The translations under genes were made by a program, and so were the position numbers. From the IMG/VR virus record IMGVR_UViG_3300029818_000001, positions 1 to 64,000 of that record: 64,000 bases of DNA, one strand, 5' to 3'. The notes beneath the pieces are model-generated. The model was not told where the DNA came from. It was given only the letters and a program-made list of their open reading frames with translations, and searched no databases. The stretch is from a virus. Taxonomy: Duplodnaviria > Caudoviricetes. The first letter of the stretch is position 1; every line of letters begins with the position of its first letter. This document shows, one piece after another, positions 55,631 to 64,000 of this stretch.

Positions 55631-58600
55631 AGTCAATTTTATCAGTAAGAACACACTTTAGTATTAAGGAAAGTATTGTCGATCCAGCCACCATCGGTCA
55701 AGTCGCAAAAGAGTTGGGTTACGACGCTCTGGCTATTGTCGATACGATGTCCATCAATGGCTTGGTTGATGTCACTAAGTCGTGCAAAAAGGCCGGTGTT
55801 AAGCCAATTATCGGCTGTCGATTAGCGATCTATGATGACCCATCTTTCAAACAGACGAAGAGCGATGCCAAGAAAAGCGAAAAGCCTAATGTGTGTTGGT
55901 ATGCAACGGTCTACGTTAAGAATGAAGACGGCATGAAGGCGCTGATTAAAACGCTGTCGCGAGCCAACGAAGAAGACTACTTTTATTACACGGCAAGACT
56001 CGGCCTAGAGGAGCTGATTGAATTACTTGTAACGGGCAATTTATTCTTTACATCGGGCGATTTTAACGGGCTTTTCGCGCATGACGACTATACCGCTATA
56101 GCCGATAGAATTTTCGGCGAAATAGACCCGCTGAATGCGTTTATTGAGCTAGTTCCTATCGACACTCCGCTCTATGAAAAATCGAACAAAAGAGCGCTTG
56201 ATTGTGCAGTTAAATACCCTGATGTGGGCGTGATCGCCGCCAAGCCGGTCTTCTATGTCGACAGTAAAGACGCGGATTCTCTGGATATCATTAATGGCGT
56301 GATTTCAAATACACCCATCGACAATATCTTCTTCAAAAAGCCCTACATTCGGAATCTATCGCTGATTGACGCCAATTCGCTGATTGACGACTGCGCCGAG
56401 AGATTTGGCGCAAGTCTAGTGGCGGATATATCGGCCAACATAGATCGCATCGCCTCCGAGTGCATCTATGAGTGGAGTGAAATGCCAATGTCGATGCCGG
56501 CGATGGCGGAAAATGAAATGTCGGAGCTGATCGCGCTGGTTAAGAAGGGTTGGTCTGAGCGCTTGATGAGACCTGTCTTGGGTCATCAGCCGACCGACTT
56601 AACGCTCTACAAGGAGCGTCTGCAATACGAGCTATCTGTGTTGAAGAAAATGGGCTTTGAGCGGTATTTTCTCGTGGTGTCCGATCTCATCCGATGGTCG
56701 AAAGAGAACAATATAAAGGTCGGGCCTGGTCGCGGGTCCGCTGCCGGCAGCTTGGTTTCTTATCTGCTCTACATCACGGACTTGGACCCTATTCGCTTTG
56801 GTCTAATCTTTGAGCGATTCATTAACCCAGAGCGTATCGACTTGCCGGATATTGATATAGACTTCGCCTCATCGCAACGTGCGGAGGTAATTAACTACAT
56901 CAAAAACAAGTATGGCGAAGAAAATGTGGCTGGCATTAGCAACTATGTGACATTAGGCTCAGCGTCGAGTCTTCGCGATATTGGTCGAATTCACAATCTA
57001 TCGCCACTGGAGATGACCTGCACAAAGCTCATGCCTAAAGAGCATGGCGAGATGATCGATCTTGAAATAGCGGCAACGATGGTGCCTGAAATTGAAAAGT
57101 TCAAACATAAGCACGGTCACATTTGGAATCATGCACTCAAGTTGGCGGGGCGCTTGCGTAATTACGGCAAACATGCGGCAGGCGTGGTAATTGCTGGCGA
57201 ACCGGTGAACAACCGCGCGGTTATTGAGAGACGGGCCGGTGAGATGGTGGTGAATTGGGACCGCAATTCCGTTGAAAAATGGGGATTGATTAAGATCGAT
57301 ATCTTGGGCCTTGCGACGCTGGATATTCTTGACATTGTAATGGAGTCGGTGAAGCGTCTTGGCGTTTCGGTCGATCTATTAAGTATCCCATTGGATGATG
57401 AGTCGACGTTGGATTTGTTTACACAAGGTCGGTCAGTTGGAGTTTTTCAGTTCGAGTCGTCAGGCATGAGACATCTTCTGAAAGAGTTGGGTAAATACGA
57501 GCGTCTGACCTTCGAAGATGTAGCGGCGGCGACCGCTCTGTTTAGACCTGGCCCCATTGATGCAGGTCTGATGGACGACTATATTCAGATTAAGCAGGGC
57601 GCAGATCCTTATTATGACCATCCATCAATGGAAAGCGCTCTGAAGAATACCGGTGGGGTTATTATTTATCAGGAGCAGGTTATGCAGTTGGCTCGTGATG
57701 TGGCAGGGTTTACGATGCCAGAAGCGGACAAGCTGAGAAAAATCATGGGCAAGAAGCAAAAGGATGAAATGGCGGAAATGCGGGATAAGTGGGTTAAAGG
57801 CTGCGTGTCTACCTCTGAAATGCCAGAGCGCGAGGCTAATAATCTCTTTGATAAAATTGAAAAGTTCGCAGGCTATGGCTTTAACATGAGCCATGCTGCC
57901 GCCTATTCGGTTATCTCGTATTGGGCGATGTGGTTTAAGGCGCATTATCCGCTTGATTTCTTCGCCGCCTCCATGTCGGTATTGAATGACGACAAGATGC
58001 CAGCTCTGGTTAAGGATGCTAACGCCAGCGGCATTGATATCTTGCCGCCTGACATCAATATATCCACAGACAAGTTCGAGATTGTCGAAAGTGAAGGCGA
58101 AAGAGCGCGAATTGTCACACCATTAAATCGCATCAAAGGGTTGTCGGATATTAGCGCCAGAGCGATCGTCAAGGCGAGAGAGAGCAATGGCGGACGATTT
58201 GCTCATGTGAGTGAGTTGGAAAGTCTGGTGGATCGCCGCAAGTGTAATTCGAGAACGATGACCAATCTCGATAAGGTCGGCGCCTTCGCCTCGATCATTT
58301 CAGGTTCATTGCCGGCCAATCATCCCGATCGTCTGAAGGATCAGTTGGAATTGCTGCCTGGTCTTTGCTCGAATACCGTCTATGTGGATCGGGTGATGCC
58401 GCGCGACTCTCACACAATTAACTGCATTCGCAATATCTACATGGAAGCGAGAGCTTGCGATGGGTGCTCCTTAACCGAGGGTGCTCATCCGTCACCGGCA
58501 TTCGGCAAGAAGCCTAGAATTATGATTATTACCGATTGTCCGAACAACTCTGAGGATCAAAACAACAAGTTGATGACGGGTGACGGCGCGAAGTTTGTTA

Positions 58601-58956
58601 AGTGGGCCTTGCAAGAAAATGGTCTAAAGCTTAACGATTGCTACTTCACGACGTTGGTTAAGTCGCAAAAAATTGGTAAGGCTCTATCGAATGAGCAAAT
58701 TAACGCCTGCTCAAAATATTTAGATAGAGAGATCGAGGTATTAAAACCCTCGACCATCGTGTTGCTTGGAAATTCAGTCATACGTTACTTATTGCCGAGC
58801 GAGAAGAAGCCTAAGGATGCATTTGGCAAGATTATCTACTCGAAAGAGTTGGATGCGAACATAGTGGTGGGCATGAATCCGGCATTGATTTGGTTCGACC
58901 CCGACAAGCAAAACGATCTGGATGAATTGTTTGCAAAAGTGGCGGATTTACTATGA
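55627..58956 (+). CDS. dnaE: DNA polymerase III alpha-like protein fused to C-terminal UDG family-4-like domain
   Basis: PHP domain, GPGRGSAAGS, PDIDIDF, GYGFNMSHA; C-term CDGCSL...YFTTLVK...C..YL.REI..LKP..IVLLG. Confidence 0.93.
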   Translation: MKSILSVRTHFSIKESIVDPATIGQVAKELGYDALAIVDTMSINGLVDVTKSCKKAGVKPIIGCRLAIYDDPSFKQTKSDAKKSEKPNVCWYATVYVKNEDGMKALIKTLSRANEEDYFYYTARLGLEELIELLVTGNLFFTSGDFNGLFAHDDYTAIADRIFGEIDPLNAFIELVPIDTPLYEKSNKRALDCAVKYPDVGVIAAKPVFYVDSKDADSLDIINGVISNTPIDNIFFKKPYIRNLSLIDANSLIDDCAERFGASLVADISANIDRIASECIYEWSEMPMSMPAMAENEMSELIALVKKGWSERLMRPVLGHQPTDLTLYKERLQYELSVLKKMGFERYFLVVSDLIRWSKENNIKVGPGRGSAAGSLVSYLLYITDLDPIRFGLIFERFINPERIDLPDIDIDFASSQRAEVINYIKNKYGEENVAGISNYVTLGSASSLRDIGRIHNLSPLEMTCTKLMPKEHGEMIDLEIAATMVPEIEKFKHKHGHIWNHALKLAGRLRNYGKHAAGVVIAGEPVNNRAVIERRAGEMVVNWDRNSVEKWGLIKIDILGLATLDILDIVMESVKRLGVSVDLLSIPLDDESTLDLFTQGRSVGVFQFESSGMRHLLKELGKYERLTFEDVAAATALFRPGPIDAGLMDDYIQIKQGADPYYDHPSMESALKNTGGVIIYQEQVMQLARDVAGFTMPEADKLRKIMGKKQKDEMAEMRDKWVKGCVSTSEMPEREANNLFDKIEKFAGYGFNMSHAAAYSVISYWAMWFKAHYPLDFFAASMSVLNDDKMPALVKDANASGIDILPPDINISTDKFEIVESEGERARIVTPLNRIKGLSDISARAIVKARESNGGRFAHVSELESLVDRRKCNSRTMTNLDKVGAFASIISGSLPANHPDRLKDQLELLPGLCSNTVYVDRVMPRDSHTINCIRNIYMEARACDGCSLTEGAHPSPAFGKKPRIMIITDCPNNSEDQNNKLMTGDGAKFVKWALQENGLKLNDCYFTTLVKSQKIGKALSNEQINACSKYLDREIEVLKPSTIVLLGNSVIRYLLPSEKKPKDAFGKIIYSKELDANIVVGMNPALIWFDPDKQNDLDELFAKVADLL

Positions 58957-59222
58957 CCATCTATGACCATAAGAGAGCGTGGTTTGAAGAAAATACTCGA
59001 ATAATATGGGGTAATAGTGAACTTGAGAGGCCGCTATTAGATGGTGGTGCATTGAATGATAATTCATTAAGAATAAAGCGCGAGTTAGAGCGAATATCGA
59101 GAGAGGGGCAGCTTGTCACTCAGGTATCTCAACCTAATTCCGCAAAGAGCGTTGAGATTAAGGTGTCGAAATGGGCGACGCCGGAATTTAAAATTAAACC
59201 GAAAAACTGGGGGAACTGGTGA
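58953..59222 (+). CDS. Hypothetical protein
   Basis: 89-aa coupled ORF. Confidence 0.55.
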   Translation: MTIYDHKRAWFEENTRIIWGNSELERPLLDGGALNDNSLRIKRELERISREGQLVTQVSQPNSAKSVEIKVSKWATPEFKIKPKNWGNW

Positions 59223-59464
59223 TGGCTAAAAAAGTAACATTGGATATGCTGTTGCATAGAATAATTAAAGTGAGGCGTGAATCAATCGACAATGACGACT
59301 TTGACGACCCTCAGATAGAAATTATCATCAATGGGTTTGCTTTTATGGCGACGGTCGATAATTTTCAAATCGACAAAAGCGGCACGATTGAGATTAATCT
59401 ACCTGAAATAGCCCTCACTAAGCATGATAAAGTAAGTCATCGGGTAACTAATAGAGAGGAGTAA
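59219..59464 (+). CDS. Hypothetical protein
   Basis: 81-aa coupled ORF. Confidence 0.55.
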   Translation: MMAKKVTLDMLLHRIIKVRRESIDNDDFDDPQIEIIINGFAFMATVDNFQIDKSGTIEINLPEIALTKHDKVSHRVTNREE

Positions 59465-59468
59465 GTGA

Positions 59469-61427
59469 GTGATAAATAAATACCAAAGAGAAAGCATTGC
59501 TCTGCTGGAGCAAACGCCGGAGCGGGTAATAAGAAGATTGGACGAAGACATTTTGATTGCGGTGATTAAAGCGTGCAATGTGGAATACAGAGGTGGTAAA
59601 CCGATAGTCTCTGATTTATTTTACGATTCGGTGCTGATTGAGGAGCTACGCAGACGCGACCCTAATCATGAGTTCTTGAAAAGCGTTGAGCCAGAACCGG
59701 AATTAATCGAAGGCAAGACGGTTCAGTTGCCACAACGAATGCTGTCGACCGATAAGGCTTATTCGATCGACGCGATTGAAAAGTGGGTGAATCGAGTCGC
59801 TAAAGAAGCGGCTGAGGTTGGTTTCGGTCGAAACGATCTGATATTTAAGGTGACGCCTAAGCTTGACGGGTTTGCGGCCTATGACGATGGCGAACGACTT
59901 TACACGCGCGGCGACGGCTATAGAGGCACGGATATCACGCGAGCATTTGAGAATGGTCTTGACATTCTTGGTCGTTGCGTTAGCGACACTGATGAGGAGT
60001 TGCGCGGCAAAGGCCCGGGTGAAATCGTCGTATCGAAGGCTTATTTCGACGAGCATCTGTCTGACAAATACGAAAACAGCAGAAATGTAATCGCCAGCGT
60101 GATTAAAGAAGGCGAGCTTGATATTGAAATCAAAACAGCCATTGCGAATAAAGCGATTTTATTTGCGCCTTTCTCGATGCTAAATTGCTGCGTCATTGAC
60201 GCCAATGTCTTGCTTGAGGATTTCGAGCAAATTAGAGAGGAGATGCTTAATTCCATTTTCGATGTCGACGGCATAGTTATCGAATGCATCAATGAGCCAG
60301 TAAAGCAGCACATGAGTCACACCAGTCATCATCATCGTTGGCAAATCGCTTTCAAGGAAAATACCGAATATCACGATATTGAAGTTGAAGGTTTAGCATG
60401 GCAAACATCGAAGACTGGCCGCATTACGCCAGTTGTTCAACTTAAGCCGACCAAAGTTTCGGGCGTAACTATCTCGCGAGCCACGGGCCATCATTATGGT
60501 AATGTGCAAAGTAAAGGTATCGACGCTGGGGCGGTCGTTAAAGTGTGTCGCAGCGGCTTAGTGATTCCCTATATTGAAAGCGTTGTTACGCCGGTGAGCG
60601 CCATAAATGTTCCAGCGTGGTGTCCAAGCTGTAGTGCGCCTACTCATATCGATGGCGACAATCTGCTATGCACCAATACCGTCGATTGCCCTGCTCAAAT
60701 CGAGCGCACCATTGAGTATTTCTTTAAAACCATCGGCAACTGCGACGGCTTCGGCCCAAAAATAATCCAGCAGTTAGTTGGGCAGTATCCCGATATTTCT
60801 ATTATCGACGTTTACACAGGTGGCGGTGACACTCGTGGGATGAATAAGTATTTTGGTAGGGCCGGCATTGGTCAGGGTATTGGTAACAATCTCATCGACG
60901 AGCTTGAGCGAAGCAAAAAAGAGCCAATCGAAGACTGGCGCTTTCTTGCGGCCTTCTCAATCCCGAATGTCGGTAAGGGTGGCTGCGAGCGTCTTCTAAA
61001 ACATCATCGTCTTGAAGATGTGTTCAATCTAACGGTTGACCAGATTGTTGAAATCGATGGTTTTGCCAAAAAAACCGCTACGGCGCTTGTTGAGGCACTA
61101 GATCGCATAAAATCTAGTTTCGACGCGCTGTATTCGCTCGGTTTCAATCTAATTCGAACGCCACTAAATAGCGAAAAAACGGCGATTTCAAGCGCGATAT
61201 CGAATAAAACGATTGTATTCACCGGCTCGATGAAATCGGGCAGCAGAGACGAATTACAGAGTGGGGCGAGGGCGCTCGGGGCTAATGTTGCTTCGTCTGT
61301 CACCAGTAAGACAGATTATTTGGTTTGCGGCGATAAGGTGGGCGCTTCGAAGACTGAAGCGGCTGTGAAAAAAGGCGTCAAAGTGTTGACAGAAGAGGTT
61401 TATTTAAAACTGTTGGGAGATTTATGA
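59469..61427 (+). CDS. ligA: NAD-dependent DNA ligase with BRCT domain
   Basis: PKLDG, DVDGIVI, AFK, WQTSKTGRITPV, VFTGSM...SVTSKTDYLVCG. Confidence 0.95.
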   Translation: MINKYQRESIALLEQTPERVIRRLDEDILIAVIKACNVEYRGGKPIVSDLFYDSVLIEELRRRDPNHEFLKSVEPEPELIEGKTVQLPQRMLSTDKAYSIDAIEKWVNRVAKEAAEVGFGRNDLIFKVTPKLDGFAAYDDGERLYTRGDGYRGTDITRAFENGLDILGRCVSDTDEELRGKGPGEIVVSKAYFDEHLSDKYENSRNVIASVIKEGELDIEIKTAIANKAILFAPFSMLNCCVIDANVLLEDFEQIREEMLNSIFDVDGIVIECINEPVKQHMSHTSHHHRWQIAFKENTEYHDIEVEGLAWQTSKTGRITPVVQLKPTKVSGVTISRATGHHYGNVQSKGIDAGAVVKVCRSGLVIPYIESVVTPVSAINVPAWCPSCSAPTHIDGDNLLCTNTVDCPAQIERTIEYFFKTIGNCDGFGPKIIQQLVGQYPDISIIDVYTGGGDTRGMNKYFGRAGIGQGIGNNLIDELERSKKEPIEDWRFLAAFSIPNVGKGGCERLLKHHRLEDVFNLTVDQIVEIDGFAKKTATALVEALDRIKSSFDALYSLGFNLIRTPLNSEKTAISSAISNKTIVFTGSMKSGSRDELQSGARALGANVASSVTSKTDYLVCGDKVGASKTEAAVKKGVKVLTEEVYLKLLGDL

Positions 61428-61639
61428 GTTTAAAGAGACATGACGAACTAAGGGTAACTCTGACTGATGCAAGTGGTGTTCAGTTGGTGATTTACAAGGT
61501 AGAGGGTTTTCCCGATAGCGACCCTCACTTCTGTATTGGCGAGTTGGATGGTGAGCACTTTTTCTTCTCTCGTGAAGAGGTGAAAGAGCTTTTTAAGGCT
61601 ATTGATGAGGTTGTTGTTAAAGGCACGGTAACGATGTAA
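61424..61639 (+). CDS. Hypothetical protein
   Basis: 71-aa coupled ORF. Confidence 0.55.
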   Translation: MSLKRHDELRVTLTDASGVQLVIYKVEGFPDSDPHFCIGELDGEHFFFSREEVKELFKAIDEVVVKGTVTM

Positions 61640-61660
61640 AGACATCGATAGCCAACAAAA

Positions 61661-61678
61661 TAAGTCATGGATGACTAT
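61661..61678. promoter_or_regulatory. Operator-like copy TAAGTCA-TGGA-TGACTAT
   Basis: Identical to copy at 44737. Confidence 0.75.
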
Positions 61679-61735
61679 ACAACCCTTAAGTGAACGACGA
61701 TAATAGATATTCAAGACTAACAAGAGGAGTATTTT

Positions 61736-62293
61736 ATGTTTACTGAAGAAGAAATGGCTGAGGTTGAGTTTTTGGAGCAAGAAGAAAAGCTCAGAGGCAA
61801 GCCGGCGCCCAAGAAATCCGTCCGAGTATTTATCAATCCAGAGCAATTCAAAGAGGATGTGTCGATCAATCTGTCGGACTTAAATGGGTGCTTTTTAGAG
61901 CAGGCGTCTTTATTTGCGCACTACGGAATGATGGCGGCAAAAGCATCGGAACAGGCTGACAACCTTAAGATGATGCTTGAGATAAAAGAGGCTCAGTTGA
62001 ATACGGAACATCGCGAAAGGCTGTTAATTTTTGGCGGCAAAGTTACCGAGCAGATGGTGACAAATGCAGTATTGACCGATACTCGCTATATCAAGGTTAG
62101 AAAGGCGTATAACGAAGCGAAAGGTGTTTTGGAAATGCTTAAGACCGCGCCCGAGGCTTTTAGGCAGCGTCGGGATATGCTGATTCAGATCGGCACCAAC
62201 GCTCGTGAAGAAATGAAGGGCGATTTGTTCATGAAATCGAAAGAACAGAAGGATGCTGACTTGCGCGAACGCACTCGTAAGGCAGTTGCGTAG
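61736..62293 (+). CDS. Putative recombination mediator (UvsY-like helical protein)
   Basis: Helical; EAFRQRRDML motif; adjacent to SSB. Confidence 0.55.
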   Translation: MFTEEEMAEVEFLEQEEKLRGKPAPKKSVRVFINPEQFKEDVSINLSDLNGCFLEQASLFAHYGMMAAKASEQADNLKMMLEIKEAQLNTEHRERLLIFGGKVTEQMVTNAVLTDTRYIKVRKAYNEAKGVLEMLKTAPEAFRQRRDMLIQIGTNAREEMKGDLFMKSKEQKDADLRERTRKAVA

Positions 62294-62317
62294 GCAGTCT
62301 CTTCCTACGATAGAAAA

Positions 62318-62335
62318 TAAGTCATAAATGACTTA
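62318..62335. promoter_or_regulatory. Perfect operator-like palindrome TAAGTCA-TAAA-TGACTTA
   Basis: Upstream of SSB-like gene. Confidence 0.8.
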
Positions 62336-62410
62336 TAATTAACACGCTGAAAAGAGAAACAAGTTGGTCTCGAAAAGGCTCAATTAAACAAGCAAAAAAG
62401 GAAAAAAATT

Positions 62411-63253
62411 ATGTCTTCATTATTAGAAGCGCGTCGCGCATTGGCCCGTCAACAAAAAGCGGAAATTCAAGAAAAATCCGGTCGTCGCGAAAGAGCGGTT
62501 CGCCCACCTGTCGGCAAATCAAAGTGGCGCATTTTGCCGAGCTGGAGAGGCCTTGAAGAGCCGCTGTTTGCTCACGCCTTTGGGCAGCACTTCATCAAAG
62601 ATAAAAACGGCGATATGGTCGCAGTTCATATGTGTTTGGACAAAACCTACGGTAAGCCGTGTCTCATTTGTGACTCAATTGCCCGAGGCATTCGTAGCGC
62701 TGAGGATGACGACACCATCAATCTGCTGAAGGAGTCACAATCTTCAGGCTCTTACCTTATGAATGCGCTGCGTATCGACGGCGACGAGCCCACCACACCG
62801 GTATTACTGTCTTTATCTCCAACCACTTATGAAAAAGTGCTGGATTTAATCGATCAATACGCAGACGAAGGCGTCGATCTGCTTGACCCTAGCGAGGGTT
62901 ACGACATTGTAATTAGCCGCACCGGCAAGGGTTTGAACACCAAATACGATGTCAATGCGGCGGTCAAGCCATCGAAGATTTCCAAGTCTGTTTTGGAAAA
63001 TCTGAATGACTTGGACCTCTACGTCAAGCAAGAGCATGAAGCTACCGAACAAAAGGCGTTGAGCTTTATCGACAAGGTTGTAACCGGTAGAGCGGCGCTG
63101 CCTTCTTCCAAATCTGATGACGATGAAATGGAAGACATCTTGGAGGCTGACTTTGAGGAGACCTCTGAAGAAGACTTGGATAAGTCGGTCAGCTCCAAAA
63201 AAGTGACAGACGATGAGTTGGATAGCATCTTAGGTGAGTTGAGCGATCTGTAA
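62411..63253 (+). CDS. Single-stranded DNA-binding protein (gp32-like)
   Basis: WRILP, H.C......C.IC Zn site, GYDIVISRTGKGL.TKY, acidic C-terminal tail. Confidence 0.8.
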   Translation: MSSLLEARRALARQQKAEIQEKSGRRERAVRPPVGKSKWRILPSWRGLEEPLFAHAFGQHFIKDKNGDMVAVHMCLDKTYGKPCLICDSIARGIRSAEDDDTINLLKESQSSGSYLMNALRIDGDEPTTPVLLSLSPTTYEKVLDLIDQYADEGVDLLDPSEGYDIVISRTGKGLNTKYDVNAAVKPSKISKSVLENLNDLDLYVKQEHEATEQKALSFIDKVVTGRAALPSSKSDDDEMEDILEADFEETSEEDLDKSVSSKKVTDDELDSILGELSDL

Positions 63254-63272
63254 GCCTTAGTCATTAACAGCG

Positions 63273-63298
63273 AAAGGGCTTAAGTGCCCCTTCTTTTT
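63273..63298 (+). terminator. Terminator-like hairpin
   Basis: AAGGGC-TTAAGT-GCCCCTT followed by T-rich run. Confidence 0.55.
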
Positions 63299-63312
63299 CG
63301 GAGGATATTTTT

Positions 63313-64000
63313 ATGTTAATGATTGTGGATGCCAACAGCGTAGGGCATGCGGCAAATGCAGCGACACGCTTGACCGTTGGTGGCAAGCCCACTCAGGCGA
63401 TCTTTGGCACACTTAATACTGTTCGCGATCTATCCGTTAAGTTTAAGCCGAGTGGGATTATGATGTTGTGGGATGGTCGGGCGCAATGGCGATACGATCT
63501 TTATCCCGAATACAAAGCAAATCGCAACCCCGATCCAAACAAGAAGTTAAAGCCTTACGAGATTAAAAAGCTAAAGCTTCGGGAGGATTATCACGCGCAA
63601 AGAGGTGATATCGCTCGCGGCTTGTCTTTATTGGGGATTACTCAAGTATTTCCAAAAGAAGATGAGGCGGATGATTTGGCGGGCTATCTGACGGGTTCGC
63701 TCACAGGCGAAGTTATGCTGGTGTCGCGCGATCACGATTGGCTTCAGCTTGTAAAGAAAAATGTCTCTTGGTTTAACCCTATCGATAACGAACTTGTGAA
63801 GCATTCAACCTTTGAAGCTTACACCGGCTATAAGCATGTTAGTCAGTTTGTGGCTGAGAAGGCTCTGATGGGCGATACGTCGGACTTTATCAAAGGTGTG
63901 CCTGGCATTGGCGAAACTGCCGCGCCGTTAATTCTCAATCATTATCGAGGCGGCGTTGGTGAGTTAATTCAAGAAGTTAAGGTTGCCGGCGAGGCTTGGG
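63313..64000 (+). CDS. 5'-3' exonuclease / flap endonuclease, truncated by window end; not in ORF track
   Basis: MLMIVDAN, WDG, YPEYKANR, EADDLA, SRDHDWLQL, GDTSDFIKGVPGIG. Confidence 0.92.
   Translation, partial: MLMIVDANSVGHAANAATRLTVGGKPTQAIFGTLNTVRDLSVKFKPSGIMMLWDGRAQWRYDLYPEYKANRNPDPNKKLKPYEIKKLKLREDYHAQRGDIARGLSLLGITQVFPKEDEADDLAGYLTGSLTGEVMLVSRDHDWLQLVKKNVSWFNPIDNELVKHSTFEAYTGYKHVSQFVAEKALMGDTSDFIKGVPGIGETAAPLILNHYRGGVGELIQEVKVAGEAW

Noticed and set aside
55627-58956. Intein or frameshift in dnaE
   Set aside because: Polymerase motifs are contiguous and no Hint signature is visible
821-64000. Alternative genetic code
   Set aside because: Long genes are intact and tightly packed under the standard code; lack of Trp in the left genes follows from TGG avoidance

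Overview
The window is about 64 kb of one large temperate siphovirus-like genome; no bacterial flank is visible. Gene content and order resemble SSU5/pHCM2-type phage-plasmids (recalled, not searched), and the host is probably a gammaproteobacterium (tRNA and IHF sites). Layout: a peculiar 2.1-kb left segment (19-bp tandem repeats, three orphan genes, many hairpins, and no CCA/CCT/AGG/TGG trinucleotide on my manual scan); a leftward block (three tail-anchored proteins, DHFR, GH19 endolysin, SF2 helicase); a ParB-ParB-ABC ATPase-GNAT cluster; packaging and head genes (terminase with LAGLIDADG intein, portal, scaffold, capsid); a lambda-like tail (chaperone -1 frameshift, tape measure, M/L/K/I, and a 2588-aa J with an N-terminal Hint domain); a holin-like gene and accessory fibre cassette; PhoH, an Hfq-like protein, DnaB, primase; an intact attP-like region around a full tRNA-Leu(CAG) with a tyrosine integrase and HTH repressor; CobT/CobS-like pair, DnaE-UDG fusion, NAD ligase, SSB and a truncated 5'-3' exonuclease. 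Non-coding highlights are about 19 copies of a TAAGTCA-N4-TGACTTA palindrome and two distant matching AT-rich loci bounded by CCGCCACTCA inverted repeats. All calls come from motif recognition by eye; no database searches were run.
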